Shown piece after piece: positions 10,327-19,789 of a DNA stretch of 64,000 bases (position 1 is the first letter of the stretch; every line of letters starts with the position of its first letter). Source of the stretch: Bacteroidales bacterium. Its GTDB lineage: Bacteria > Bacteroidota > Bacteroidia > Bacteroidales > UBA4417. The position numbers and the translations under genes are program-made. The stretch is from positions 766-64,765 of the forward strand of contig JBBSDC010000003.1 in assembly GCA_038249705.1 (NCBI GenBank). Reading direction: 5' to 3'. The notes beneath the pieces were generated by a model. The model searched no databases, was not told the origin of the DNA, and saw only the letters and a list, made by a program, of their open reading frames with translations.

Positions 10327-10515
10327 GTGCTAAAAACTATTAACGAGGAGATATGAAGTTCTTTTGGAATCATTTTAATCTGTTGATTTGAGTAACTTTA
10401 TGCATTTGAAAGTTTTCTGAAATCATTTTTGGTCATTCTATTAAGAAGCAATATCTTTAACAAAATTTTTCTAAAGTATCTCCCAATGAAAATAATTATC
10501 CTAAACCATATTGCA

Positions 10516-11850
10516 ATGAAATCCATCCAAACATTACTGTTCATCAGTTTAGCGCTACTGATGTCATCCGGCACTTTTGCCCAATCGAAAATCAACGCTA
10601 ACGATATAAAAGATAAAATGCAATGGTTTGCCGATGCCAAACTGGGCATTTTTATCCATGCAGGTATTTATGCGGTTGATGGAGTTGACGAATCATGGAG
10701 TTTTCATAATAAAAAGATCAGTCATGCCGATTACATGAAACAACTTAACGGCTTTACGCTTAAAAAATACGATCCGGCCATGTGGGCTGATCTGATAAAG
10801 GAAAGTGGTGCCCGCTATGCGGTTATAACAACCAAACATCACGACGGTGTAGCCATGTACGATACTAAAATGAATAACCTGAGCAGTGTGAAGGCAACCC
10901 CTTCAAAAAAGGACATGATTTCACCTTTCTTCGCTGAGTTGCGTAAACGCGATATAAAATGCGGTGCTTATTACTCGTTAATAGACTGGTCGTATGCAGA
11001 TTATCCAGGCTTTTTGAAAGATAGTTCGAGGTACAAAATTGAAAATGATTACGATCGCTGGAACCGCTTCCGGCAGTTCTTTCAGGGACAGATAAGGGAA
11101 ATCAGTACACAATTTAAACCCGATCTCTGGTGGTTTGATGGCGATTGGGAACACAGCGCAGAACAATGGGAATCAGAAAAAGTGCGCAATATAATCCTGG
11201 TAAACAACCCTAATGCAATCATTAACAGTCGTTTGCAAGGGTATGGCGATTACGAAACACCGGAACAGAATTTCCCTGTATCGCGCCCGAAATTCAACTG
11301 GTGGGAACTTTGCATGACAACTAATGATAACTGGGGTTTTCACAACGACAACAACTGGAAAACGCCTTACGAAGTAATTACTATTTTTGTGGATGCAGTT
11401 GCTAACGGTGGAAACCTCTTGCTGGATATGGGACCGAGAGAAGATGGCACCATTCCTGAAGAGCAGATTCATGTACTGAAAGAACTCGGTGCATGGAACA
11501 AAAAGAACGGCGAAGCTATTTTCAACACCATCGGAGGCATCCCTCAGGGTCATTTTTATGGCCCGACAACCATGTCGAAAGACTCAACCACGCTGTATCT
11601 TTTTCTTCACGGACAAACCAGCGGGCAAATTATGCTGAAAGGCCTCGATAATAAAATTCAGGAGATTACAGTAGTTGGAAATGAAACGAAACTTACTCAT
11701 AAAATTGTCGGGAAAATTTCGTGGAGCCATGTTCCTGGTCTTGTATATATTGATGTACCTTCGTTTGTGCTCGATAAATATGTTACAGTTTTGAAATTAA
11801 AGCTGGATAAACCAGTGAAACTTTACCGGGGACAGGGTGGCTTTAACTGA
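10516..11850 (+). CDS. alpha-L-fucosidase, GH29
   Basis: GIFIHAGIYAV, TTKHHDGVAMYDT and LWWFDGDW are typical GH29 motifs. A signal peptide begins at the internal ATG at 10516 (MKSIQTLLFISLALLMSSGTFAQ). Confidence 0.85.
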   Translation: MKSIQTLLFISLALLMSSGTFAQSKINANDIKDKMQWFADAKLGIFIHAGIYAVDGVDESWSFHNKKISHADYMKQLNGFTLKKYDPAMWADLIKESGARYAVITTKHHDGVAMYDTKMNNLSSVKATPSKKDMISPFFAELRKRDIKCGAYYSLIDWSYADYPGFLKDSSRYKIENDYDRWNRFRQFFQGQIREISTQFKPDLWWFDGDWEHSAEQWESEKVRNIILVNNPNAIINSRLQGYGDYETPEQNFPVSRPKFNWWELCMTTNDNWGFHNDNNWKTPYEVITIFVDAVANGGNLLLDMGPREDGTIPEEQIHVLKELGAWNKKNGEAIFNTIGGIPQGHFYGPTTMSKDSTTLYLFLHGQTSGQIMLKGLDNKIQEITVVGNETKLTHKIVGKISWSHVPGLVYIDVPSFVLDKYVTVLKLKLDKPVKLYRGQGGFN

Positions 11851-11911
11851 GAGCGAAACCCGTGACAAAATTATCCTACCCGATAGTATGCTGAATATCA
11901 AAACCAATTAA

Positions 11912-12556
11912 CGGAATGAGAAGGATCGTTTCTACCTTTATCAATCGCAGTGGAGACCAGATTTTCCGATGGCACACATTCTGCCACACTGGAACTGGCC
12001 GGAACGCATTGATTCAGTTACCCCGGTTCATGTGTATACTTCGGGTGATGAAGCCGAATTATTCCAGAATGGAAAAAGCCTCGGCAGGAAATCGAAAACT
12101 CCGGGAAAGGATTTCCGATTGGTGTGGGATGATGTAATTTATCAACCCGGAGAGTTGAAAGTGATAACCTATAAAAACGGAAAGCAATGGGCTACCGATG
12201 CAATGAAAACAACCGCAGAGGCATCAAAACTAACACTTTCAGCTGATAAAAATAAAATTGCAGATAACGGTACTGACTTTGTATTTATAACTTTGAAAGT
12301 TCAGGATAACGATGGACTTACAGTTCCCCGCTCCCACCCTCTTATTAAATTTGAGATTGAAGGCCCGGGCGAAATAGTAGTTACCGATAATGGAGATGCA
12401 ACCAGTTTTGTACCTTTCCGAAGTCATGAGCGTGAGGCATTTAACGGAATGGCACTCGTGATCGTTAAAGCTAAAACAGGCGCCAAAGGCAACTTTAAAG
12501 TAAAAGCGGTAAGTGAAGGATTAATTTCGGATGAAGTAACTGTGTTTGCTGAGTAA
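11912..12556 (+). pseudogene. 5'-truncated remnant of a GH2 beta-galactosidase (C-terminal ~215 codons only)
   Basis: The frame opens right after a TAA at 11909. It reads KDRFYLYQSQWRPDFPMAHILPHWNWP...VHVYTSGDEAELFQNGKSLG, then an Ig-like domain. This is the post-TIM-barrel part of GH2 enzymes. The ~600 N-terminal codons, including the catalytic domain, are absent. Confidence 0.6.
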
Positions 12557-12605
12557 AGGGATATAATTTGAACTACATAAAAAAGGATATTAGCATAAAC
12601 TGATT

Positions 12606-13859
12606 ATGAACAGAAGGAAATTTATTCAAAACAGTATTACCGCTGCCGGAGCATTTACCATTGTTCCGGCTCATGTATTAGGCGGCAGTAATCACATCGC
12701 GCCCAGCGATCAGCTTACAAAAGCCATTATTGGTGTTGGCGGCATGGGGCAAGGTCACATTAATTACCCCGGTTCGCGGCTCACAGCCATTTGTGATGTG
12801 GATAAAAACCATCTGAAATCAGCCCTTGAAAAATGCCCTCCGGGAACCAAAACCTATCACGATTACCGCGAGTTACTGCTCGACCCTTCGATAGATATTA
12901 TTCACATTGCAACGCCTCCGCACTGGCACGGCATCATGAGTGTGGATGCAGCCAAAGCAGGTAAAGACGTATGGTGCGAAAAACCAATGACGCGCACAAT
13001 CGGCGAAGGCCTGCGGGTTCGTGAAGCTATGGCTCAGCATGGCAGAATATTCCGCCTTAACACATGGTTCAGGTTTGCTGATAACTTTTACGGAATGGGT
13101 ACACCGGTTGAACCAATTAAAAAACTGGTTCAAAGCGGTTTGTTAGGCTGGCCTTTAAAAGTTACCGTAAATGCGGCTACAGGTTTTAACTGGAAATTCT
13201 ACTGGGTTGGAAATACTGGTCTTGATATCCAGCCGGTTCCTGAAGAGCTTGATTACAATATGTGGTTGGGTCCGGCTCCTTTTAAACCGTATAACCCACA
13301 TCGGGTTCACAGCACTTTCCGTGGATATTGGGATTACGACGGTGGTGGCCTTGGCGATATGGGGCAACACTATCTCGACCCGGTTCAATACATCCTTGGT
13401 AAGGATAGTACCAATCCTGTAAGTGTTGATGTAGATGCTCCCCAGCAACACCCCGATGCGGCAGGAACATGGAAAAGAATAGAGCTTACCTATGCCGATG
13501 GTTGCAAAATTATACTCGATGGCGAAAACAGAGACACCGATGTACCCTATATTGAAGGTCCTGACGGGAAATTGTTCCCCGGATTTCATTCTGATATTCC
13601 TTATCTGGAGAAAAAACTCGCATCATTCCCTGATCCTGAGCCTCAGATCACCGATTTCGCTGAATCGGTGCGAACACGACAAAAATTTGCTTTGAACGAA
13701 GATAACGGTTTCAGGTCGTGTACGCTCGTAAATATGGCTATTATTGCCGTAAGGCTTGGCCGTTCGCTGCAATTCGATCCGGATAAATGTGAATTCATCA
13801 ACGATTCTGCTGCAAACCAAATGGTTAACCAGCCTATGCGAGCTCCCTGGAATATCTGA
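12606..13859 (+). CDS. Tat-exported Gfo/Idh/MocA family NAD(P)-dependent oxidoreductase
   Basis: It has a twin-arginine signal (MNRRKFIQNSITAAGAF), a Rossmann loop (GVGGMGQGH) and the EKP motif (WCEKPM). Confidence 0.8.
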   Translation: MNRRKFIQNSITAAGAFTIVPAHVLGGSNHIAPSDQLTKAIIGVGGMGQGHINYPGSRLTAICDVDKNHLKSALEKCPPGTKTYHDYRELLLDPSIDIIHIATPPHWHGIMSVDAAKAGKDVWCEKPMTRTIGEGLRVREAMAQHGRIFRLNTWFRFADNFYGMGTPVEPIKKLVQSGLLGWPLKVTVNAATGFNWKFYWVGNTGLDIQPVPEELDYNMWLGPAPFKPYNPHRVHSTFRGYWDYDGGGLGDMGQHYLDPVQYILGKDSTNPVSVDVDAPQQHPDAAGTWKRIELTYADGCKIILDGENRDTDVPYIEGPDGKLFPGFHSDIPYLEKKLASFPDPEPQITDFAESVRTRQKFALNEDNGFRSCTLVNMAIIAVRLGRSLQFDPDKCEFINDSAANQMVNQPMRAPWNI

Positions 13860-13880
13860 TAAAATCTAAAAAGCATTAAA

Positions 13881-16800
13881 ATGAAAAAAAATATAGTAAT
13901 TCTACTGGTTGCCCTCACATTTTCAATGGGTTCATTTGCCCAGGTCCAAAAAACCGATCAACGCACCATCGAAACAAAAATTGCGGATTTCTTAATGAAA
14001 CTTCCGGCACAGAATTCCGCTGATCATGATAAACTTATGACTGAGCTTTCCGCGATGGGCGAACCAGCTTTTACAGGCATTGCAACTAATCTATTACCAC
14101 CGGGACAAAGCAACGATCTTGCATCGCGTTATGCCATAAGCGGACTGGTAAAATACCTGGCTAAAGGCAATGATAAAGAAAAAATGAAAGCTTGCGCAGA
14201 TGCACTATGCAAATCCATCGAAAGCTCAAAATACAATGAGGTAAGGGATTTCCTGCTTCAGGAGCTTCAGTATGTTGCCGGAAATGAATCAGTTGCCACT
14301 GTCAGCAGCTTATTGTTAAACGAAAGACTTTGCGATCCGGCTGCACGAGTTCTTGTCAGAATCAATACCGATCAGTCAAATAAAGTTTTGATGGATGCTC
14401 TGCCAACAGCGCCTTTTAAACAACAACTTATTATGGTTGAAGCTCTTGGCCAGACAAAATTTGTTCCGGCAACTGAAAAAATAAGGGAGCTGGCGACTTC
14501 AGAAAATACTGAAATGAAAAAGGTTGCATACAGGGCGCTGGCTGAGTCCGGTGATTTTACTTCAACAGCAATGTTTGCCGCTGAATCGCGGAAGGCAGGT
14601 TATACTTACGAACCTACTGATGCTCTCGGATCTTATATTTTATTGTTACAGAGGCTTTCTGAAACAGATCAGAGAAAAATTGCCGAAACGAGCTGCAAAC
14701 AGCTGATTGAAGATAAAACTGTTCCCACTCCAGCCCGCTCTGCATTTTTGAAATTATATGCTGATATAGCTGGTGAAAATGCTTTCCCTTCATTAATGAA
14801 AGCACTCGATTCGCCTGATAAACAATATCGCATGGCGGCTGCGATAATCTTAAAAAAATTCAATTCTCCGAAACTTATCTCTCAGGTCCTGAAAAAGGCT
14901 AAGAAGACCAAAAATCCTGAATTAAAAGCCGAATTAATGCCGGTACTTACCGGTTACAACGATGAAAACTGCACTGATTTTATATTGGCATCGCTGAATG
15001 ATAAAAACAAACTTGTTCAGTTGGCAGCAATTCCGGTTGCATCTAAATCAGCTAAATCAATGGCCGCTGCTCCGCTTATTCAACTTATAAATTCCGGTGA
15101 CGAAACAATTATCCTTGCCGCAAAAACCGCATTACTTACTATCGAAGGACCAGCTGTTACTGACGAAGTTGCCAGGGTTTTGCCCCAATCGCCGGTTAAT
15201 TCCCGGATAGCATTTATCGAAATACTTGCTAAAAGGAATGCGGCTAAGCATTCATCATTGGTTTTTAATGAAGCTTCGGATGCCGATGTCAATGTGCGCC
15301 TTGCTGCAGCTAACGCATTGCAACAACTTTGCACTGCGGAAGATGCAGAAAAAATTGCGAAACTGCTTAACAAAGCATCCTTACAAAATGAAATCACCGC
15401 TTTGCAGGAAACTTTGTTTGCATCTGTAAAACAATCAGGAAATCAGGAGAATCAGGTTGCACTCATTGAAGGTTTGATGAATGAATACGTTGGCAAACAA
15501 CTCCTTTATTATCAGGTGCTTGCTAAATCAGGCGGAATAAAATCGCTTTCCATCGTTGAAAATGCGTTCGAAAATGGACTATCTGAGCAGAAAGAAGCTG
15601 CTTTAAAAGCACTTACAAATTGGAGTGATTATTCAGTTCTTGAAGCGCTTTTCAGTATCAGCAAAAACAATCCAGATAAAAACTTCCAGACAATGGCTCT
15701 GGAAAGTTATATTTCAGGTATAAACCAATCGAAAAACACAACAGATCAGAAAGTCCTTATGTTCCGTAAAGCAATGAAACTTGCCAGTTCGAATAAACAC
15801 AAAAAACTGGTTCTACAGGAAATTCCGAAAAACAGCACATTACTTTCGCTGGTTTTCGTTTCGCAATTTCTTGATAGTAGCGAACTGCAACAAACTGCTG
15901 TTCAGGCAGTAAATGCAATTGTGTTGGCTAATCCCGGTTTATATGGATCTGTTGTCGAAGAAATTGCACTTAAAGCAATCAATCTTAATAAGGATGCTGA
16001 GGCAAATTACCAGAAGCAAAATATGCTCAATCACCTGGCTGCCCTTCCAAAAGCGAATGGGTTCGTAAGCATGTTTAATGGCAAAGATCTTACTGGGTGG
16101 AAAGGGTTGGTTGAAAACCCGGTAGCACGGGCTAAAATGAACCCTCAAACCCTGGCCGAAAAGCAAAAGCAGGCAGACGAACGAATGTGGGGATCATGGA
16201 AAGCTATCGACGGGGTTTTAGTGTTTGAAGGAAATGGCGACAATCTCTGTTCTGAAAAATTGTACGGTGATTTTGAACTAATTCTCGACTGGCGCATGGA
16301 AGCCAAAGGCGACGGCGGAATTTATCTACGCGGTTCACCACAGGTACAGACCTGGGATACATCCAGGATTGAAGTGGGTGCACAGGTGGGTTCCGGCGGT
16401 TTGTACAACAACCAGAAAAACGAAAGCAAGCCGCTTGTAGTAGCCGATAATCCTGTTAACGAATGGAATACATTCCGGATTTTAATGACAGGCGAAAAAG
16501 TTATCGTTTACCTGAATGGAAATTTGGTTGTCGACAATGTGACCCTCGAAAATTACTGGGATCGCAATATCCCTATTTTCCCGACAGAATCTATTGAATT
16601 ACAAGCACATGGAACAAAACTCGAATTCAGGGATATTTATATACGTGAAATTCTCCGTCCTGAACCATACCGTGTCAGTAAAGAAGAAGAGCAGGCTGAA
16701 TTTGTTCCTGTTTTTAATGGAATTGATATGACAGGCTGGTCGGGAAACCTAACCGATTATACAGCTATTGATGGAATGATTGTTTGCGATCCTTCGAACC

Positions 16801-17291
16801 AGGGATCAGGAAACCTTTATACGGCTAATGAATACAGCGATTTTATTCTGCGATTTGAATTTCAGCTTACTCCCGGTGCCAACAACGGCCTGGGAATACG
16901 AACTCCCCGCGAAGGCGATGCTGCTTACGTGGGAATGGAATTGCAAATTCTGGATAACGAAGACGATATTTATAAAAACCTTCAACCCTATCAGTACCAC
17001 GGTTCCGTGTATGGAGTTATTCCAGCCAAACGGGGATTTCAAAAACCTGTTGGCGAGTGGAATTATCAGGAAGTGCAGGCTATAGGAAATAAAATTAAAG
17101 TGATGCTTAACGGGGAAGTGATCCTGGAAGGTGATATAGCCAAAGCCAGTAAAAACGGAACAAAGACAATGGATAAAAACCCACATCCCGGATTACTGAA
17201 CAAATCAGGATACATTGGATTCCTTGGGCATGGCTCCCCGCTGAAATTCAGAAACCTGCGTATAAAAGACCTTGAAAAACAGAGGAGGTAA
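13881..17291 (+). CDS. secreted HEAT/ARM-repeat protein with two C-terminal DUF1080 (3-keto-disaccharide hydrolase-like) domains
   Basis: A signal peptide is followed by ~720 aa of Ala/Leu-rich helical repeats. Two jelly-roll domains follow: NGFVSMFNGKDLTGWKG...IELQAHGTKLEFRDIYIREI (about 16056..16650) and EFVPVFNGIDMTGWSG...IGFLGHGSPLKFRNLRIKDL (about 16700..17270). Confidence 0.7.
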   Translation: MKKNIVILLVALTFSMGSFAQVQKTDQRTIETKIADFLMKLPAQNSADHDKLMTELSAMGEPAFTGIATNLLPPGQSNDLASRYAISGLVKYLAKGNDKEKMKACADALCKSIESSKYNEVRDFLLQELQYVAGNESVATVSSLLLNERLCDPAARVLVRINTDQSNKVLMDALPTAPFKQQLIMVEALGQTKFVPATEKIRELATSENTEMKKVAYRALAESGDFTSTAMFAAESRKAGYTYEPTDALGSYILLLQRLSETDQRKIAETSCKQLIEDKTVPTPARSAFLKLYADIAGENAFPSLMKALDSPDKQYRMAAAIILKKFNSPKLISQVLKKAKKTKNPELKAELMPVLTGYNDENCTDFILASLNDKNKLVQLAAIPVASKSAKSMAAAPLIQLINSGDETIILAAKTALLTIEGPAVTDEVARVLPQSPVNSRIAFIEILAKRNAAKHSSLVFNEASDADVNVRLAAANALQQLCTAEDAEKIAKLLNKASLQNEITALQETLFASVKQSGNQENQVALIEGLMNEYVGKQLLYYQVLAKSGGIKSLSIVENAFENGLSEQKEAALKALTNWSDYSVLEALFSISKNNPDKNFQTMALESYISGINQSKNTTDQKVLMFRKAMKLASSNKHKKLVLQEIPKNSTLLSLVFVSQFLDSSELQQTAVQAVNAIVLANPGLYGSVVEEIALKAINLNKDAEANYQKQNMLNHLAALPKANGFVSMFNGKDLTGWKGLVENPVARAKMNPQTLAEKQKQADERMWGSWKAIDGVLVFEGNGDNLCSEKLYGDFELILDWRMEAKGDGGIYLRGSPQVQTWDTSRIEVGAQVGSGGLYNNQKNESKPLVVADNPVNEWNTFRILMTGEKVIVYLNGNLVVDNVTLENYWDRNIPIFPTESIELQAHGTKLEFRDIYIREILRPEPYRVSKEEEQAEFVPVFNGIDMTGWSGNLTDYTAIDGMIVCDPSNQGSGNLYTANEYSDFILRFEFQLTPGANNGLGIRTPREGDAAYVGMELQILDNEDDIYKNLQPYQYHGSVYGVIPAKRGFQKPVGEWNYQEVQAIGNKIKVMLNGEVILEGDIAKASKNGTKTMDKNPHPGLLNKSGYIGFLGHGSPLKFRNLRIKDLEKQRR

Positions 17292-17523
17292 GCCAATCAG
17301 ACACTATATATCAAATGACAGTTTTACAGAGTGTTACACCGAATAATATTTTATATGCAAACTGTAACTAAGTTGAACAGAATATCACATTAAAGAATTT
17401 CAATGCTACAAATGATGGTATATGATCACTTAGCATACTTGCCTAAGATTACGAGAAAAAAACCTTTGGCGGAATTAAAAATTAGTTTTAAATTTTAATT
17501 GCTTATTCAAGCGATATACGGAA

Positions 17524-17541
17524 ATTTGTTCCTGAACAAAT
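17524..17541. promoter_or_regulatory. perfect 8+2+8 palindrome ATTTGTTC-CT-GAACAAAT
   Basis: Read directly. It lies ~190 bp upstream of the MerR/B12 regulator gene and is a possible operator. Confidence 0.25.
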
Positions 17542-17728
17542 GTCAGAAGCAAGTATTGGATAAATAAATGTATATTTAACAATATATCAATTAGTTAAAT
17601 CCATATTCATAAAATCCTGACCGATAATTAACATAAAAACAGAATAATAGTATTAAGATTTTGAAAAAAACATTAAACAAAATTTAGAATCAGATGTTAA
17701 TTATAACACAAAGACCATAGGAACACAC

Positions 17729-18607
17729 ATGATTAAGTATTCAATAAAAGATCTAGAAAAGATAACGGGTATCAAAGCTCACACAATACGTATCTGGGAA
17801 AAAAGATATGGTATAGTGAAACCTTCGCGTACAGAAACAAATATCCGGTTTTATTCTGACGAAGATCTCCGTCATCTGATGAATGTAGCTATTCTGAACA
17901 AATTTGGATATAAAATTTCCAATATTCAGAGCATGTCAGTAGCTGAAGTTGCTCAAAGTGTGGTTGAATTATCAAACCAGGATATTGACAATGACCATCA
18001 GATAGATAATCTTGTTATGGCCATGATAGAATTAGATGAACAGAGATTCGATAAAATCACTTCTTCTGCTATTATTAAAAATGGATTTGATGATACTTTT
18101 GAGCATTTACTCAAACAATTTCTTGAAAAAATTGGCGTACTCTGGCAAACCGGAAGCGTAAATCCAGCCCAGGAACACTTTATATCACAACTTATAAGGC
18201 AGAAACTTATACTGGCAATTGACGGGCAAAATGAAATTAAGACTACTCACAAAATATTTCTGCTGTTTCTGCCCGAAAACGAATACCACGAACTGGCTCT
18301 GCTCTATATGTATTACCTTATTAGAAAAGCGGGACATCAGGTTATTTATCTGGGACAAAATGTTCCGCTCAGCAATTTAAAAGATATTTTCGAAATACAC
18401 AAAATTGACTATTTACTTAGTTCAATTGCATCGAAGCTTTCAGCAGAGGCAATTGCCGAATTTTTCGAAGAGTTCAACCTTCTTTACAGCCAAAAACAAC
18501 TTTTACTTGGAGGAAGCAGCCTGCAACATAATACTGACTTGTTACCTTCAAATACTACTTTCTTCAATTCCATAGATGAATTTACTGAATTTCTTGCAAA
18601 AGTATAA
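17729..18607 (+). CDS. MerR-family transcription regulator with a C-terminal cobalamin-binding domain (CarH/LitR-like)
   Basis: It has a MerR HTH (YSIKDLEKITGIKAHTIRIWEKRYGIV). GVLWQTGSVNPAQEHFIS matches the four-helix-bundle Trp region. LPENEYHELALLYMYYLIRKAGHQVIYLGQNVPLSNL aligns with the CarH E-x-H lower-ligand motif (His codon at 18287..18289). Confidence 0.75.
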   Translation: MIKYSIKDLEKITGIKAHTIRIWEKRYGIVKPSRTETNIRFYSDEDLRHLMNVAILNKFGYKISNIQSMSVAEVAQSVVELSNQDIDNDHQIDNLVMAMIELDEQRFDKITSSAIIKNGFDDTFEHLLKQFLEKIGVLWQTGSVNPAQEHFISQLIRQKLILAIDGQNEIKTTHKIFLLFLPENEYHELALLYMYYLIRKAGHQVIYLGQNVPLSNLKDIFEIHKIDYLLSSIASKLSAEAIAEFFEEFNLLYSQKQLLLGGSSLQHNTDLLPSNTTFFNSIDEFTEFLAKV

Positions 18608-18861
18608 AAACAAGATTTTCCCCTATTAAAATCACATTTTTCTATTCAGCTCATTTACTGTCTGTTATATTCAATTATTCAATTATAACATTTCGTTAAC
18701 ACACATATCTAACCTTTGTTCACTTTTTTGCCGTAAGTTTGAAATACTATTTAATTACTCTAAATAACTGATTTTAAAGACAGAAGCATTTATTTACTTG
18801 AGTTAATTAAAAATTTAACATTTTTTTAACTTTATTTAGACTAAATATAAATAAAGTTGTT

Positions 18862-18869
18862 TAACTTTG
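18862..18869 (+). promoter_or_regulatory. candidate -7 promoter box (TAACTTTG)
   Basis: Exact TAnnTTTG, 28 nt upstream of the sigma factor ATG. Confidence 0.3.
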
Positions 18870-18896
18870 TAGCATAAAATTTAAACACGCTGAGCT

Positions 18897-19403
18897 ATGA
18901 CACAAATAGAATTCGATCATAAGTTGATAAGTCTTTATCAAAACCTGGAATATTATGCTAATTTGCTCACATCGAACCGTGAAGAAGCAAAAGATCTTAT
19001 TCAGGATACCTACCTGAAGGCTCTGGCAAACCGCGATAAATTTGCTGCCGATACCAACCTCAAAGCCTGGACCTATACAATCATGAAAAATACATTCATC
19101 AATAACTATCGCCGCAATCAGAAAGCAAATACGATTATTGATAGTACTGAGGATTTATTTTACCTGAATATTCCGCGTAAATCAGATTTTCCTTCACCTG
19201 ACTCAAGGTTTTCGGAAAAAGAAATTAAGAAAAGTATAGCTAAACTGGATGCAGATCAACGCATGCCTTTCGAGATGCATAACCAGGGATATAAATACAA
19301 GGAAATTGCTGATCATTTAAATATTTCGATAGGTACCGTGAAAAGCCGTATTTTCTTTACCCGTCGTAAACTGATGGACACACTGAAAGATTTTGCTGTA
19401 TAA
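18897..19403 (+). CDS. ECF-type RNA polymerase sigma-70 family factor
   Basis: Region 2 (DLIQDTYLKALANRDKF...LKAWTYTIMKNTFINNYRR) and the region 4 HTH (YKEIADHLNISIGTVKSRIFFTRRKL) are both present. Confidence 0.85.
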   Translation: MTQIEFDHKLISLYQNLEYYANLLTSNREEAKDLIQDTYLKALANRDKFAADTNLKAWTYTIMKNTFINNYRRNQKANTIIDSTEDLFYLNIPRKSDFPSPDSRFSEKEIKKSIAKLDADQRMPFEMHNQGYKYKEIADHLNISIGTVKSRIFFTRRKLMDTLKDFAV

Positions 19404-19423
19404 AAATCTGCTCATAATTTCTG

Positions 19424-19458
19424 AAGCCACATATTCCCCTGATATGTGGCTTTTTTTT
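19424..19458 (+). terminator. rho-independent terminator
   Basis: Perfect 11-bp stem aagccacatat / atatgtggctt, a 7-nt loop, then T8. Confidence 0.8.
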
Positions 19459-19621
19459 ATCTTAAAGCTGAATGGGAAACTTTAGGCTCAAGTTTAGAAA
19501 AACGTAGATAAGGGTTTGCTAAAAAACACATATAATACAATTAATGAGCTGGTTATAAAATTTTATCGTTATTGAAGAGGAAGGAAAATATACAATCCAT
19601 TACAAAATCAATGCATTCAAT

Positions 19622-19789
19622 ATTTCGGTGCTCTGCACCTTCTGATCTGTTTTTCAATATTCCTACAATTATTACGGTGCGCTGCACCTTTTTTTATAAC
19701 TTAAATTTGCTGAAATAAAGCTACAGAGTGATGCTGCATTTGTAGTTTATGAAATGAATACCGCGATATAAGGTGCAGAACACCGAAAT
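19622..19789. repeat. REP-like cluster: three copies of a ~20-bp element containing the hairpin GGTGC-NNN-GCACC
   Basis: The copies are atttcggtgctctgcacctt (19622..19641), attacggtgcgctgcacctt (19671..19690) and the inverted copy aaggtgcagaacaccgaaat (19770..19789). Copy 1 and the reverse complement of copy 3 differ at 1 of 20 positions. Confidence 0.6.
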
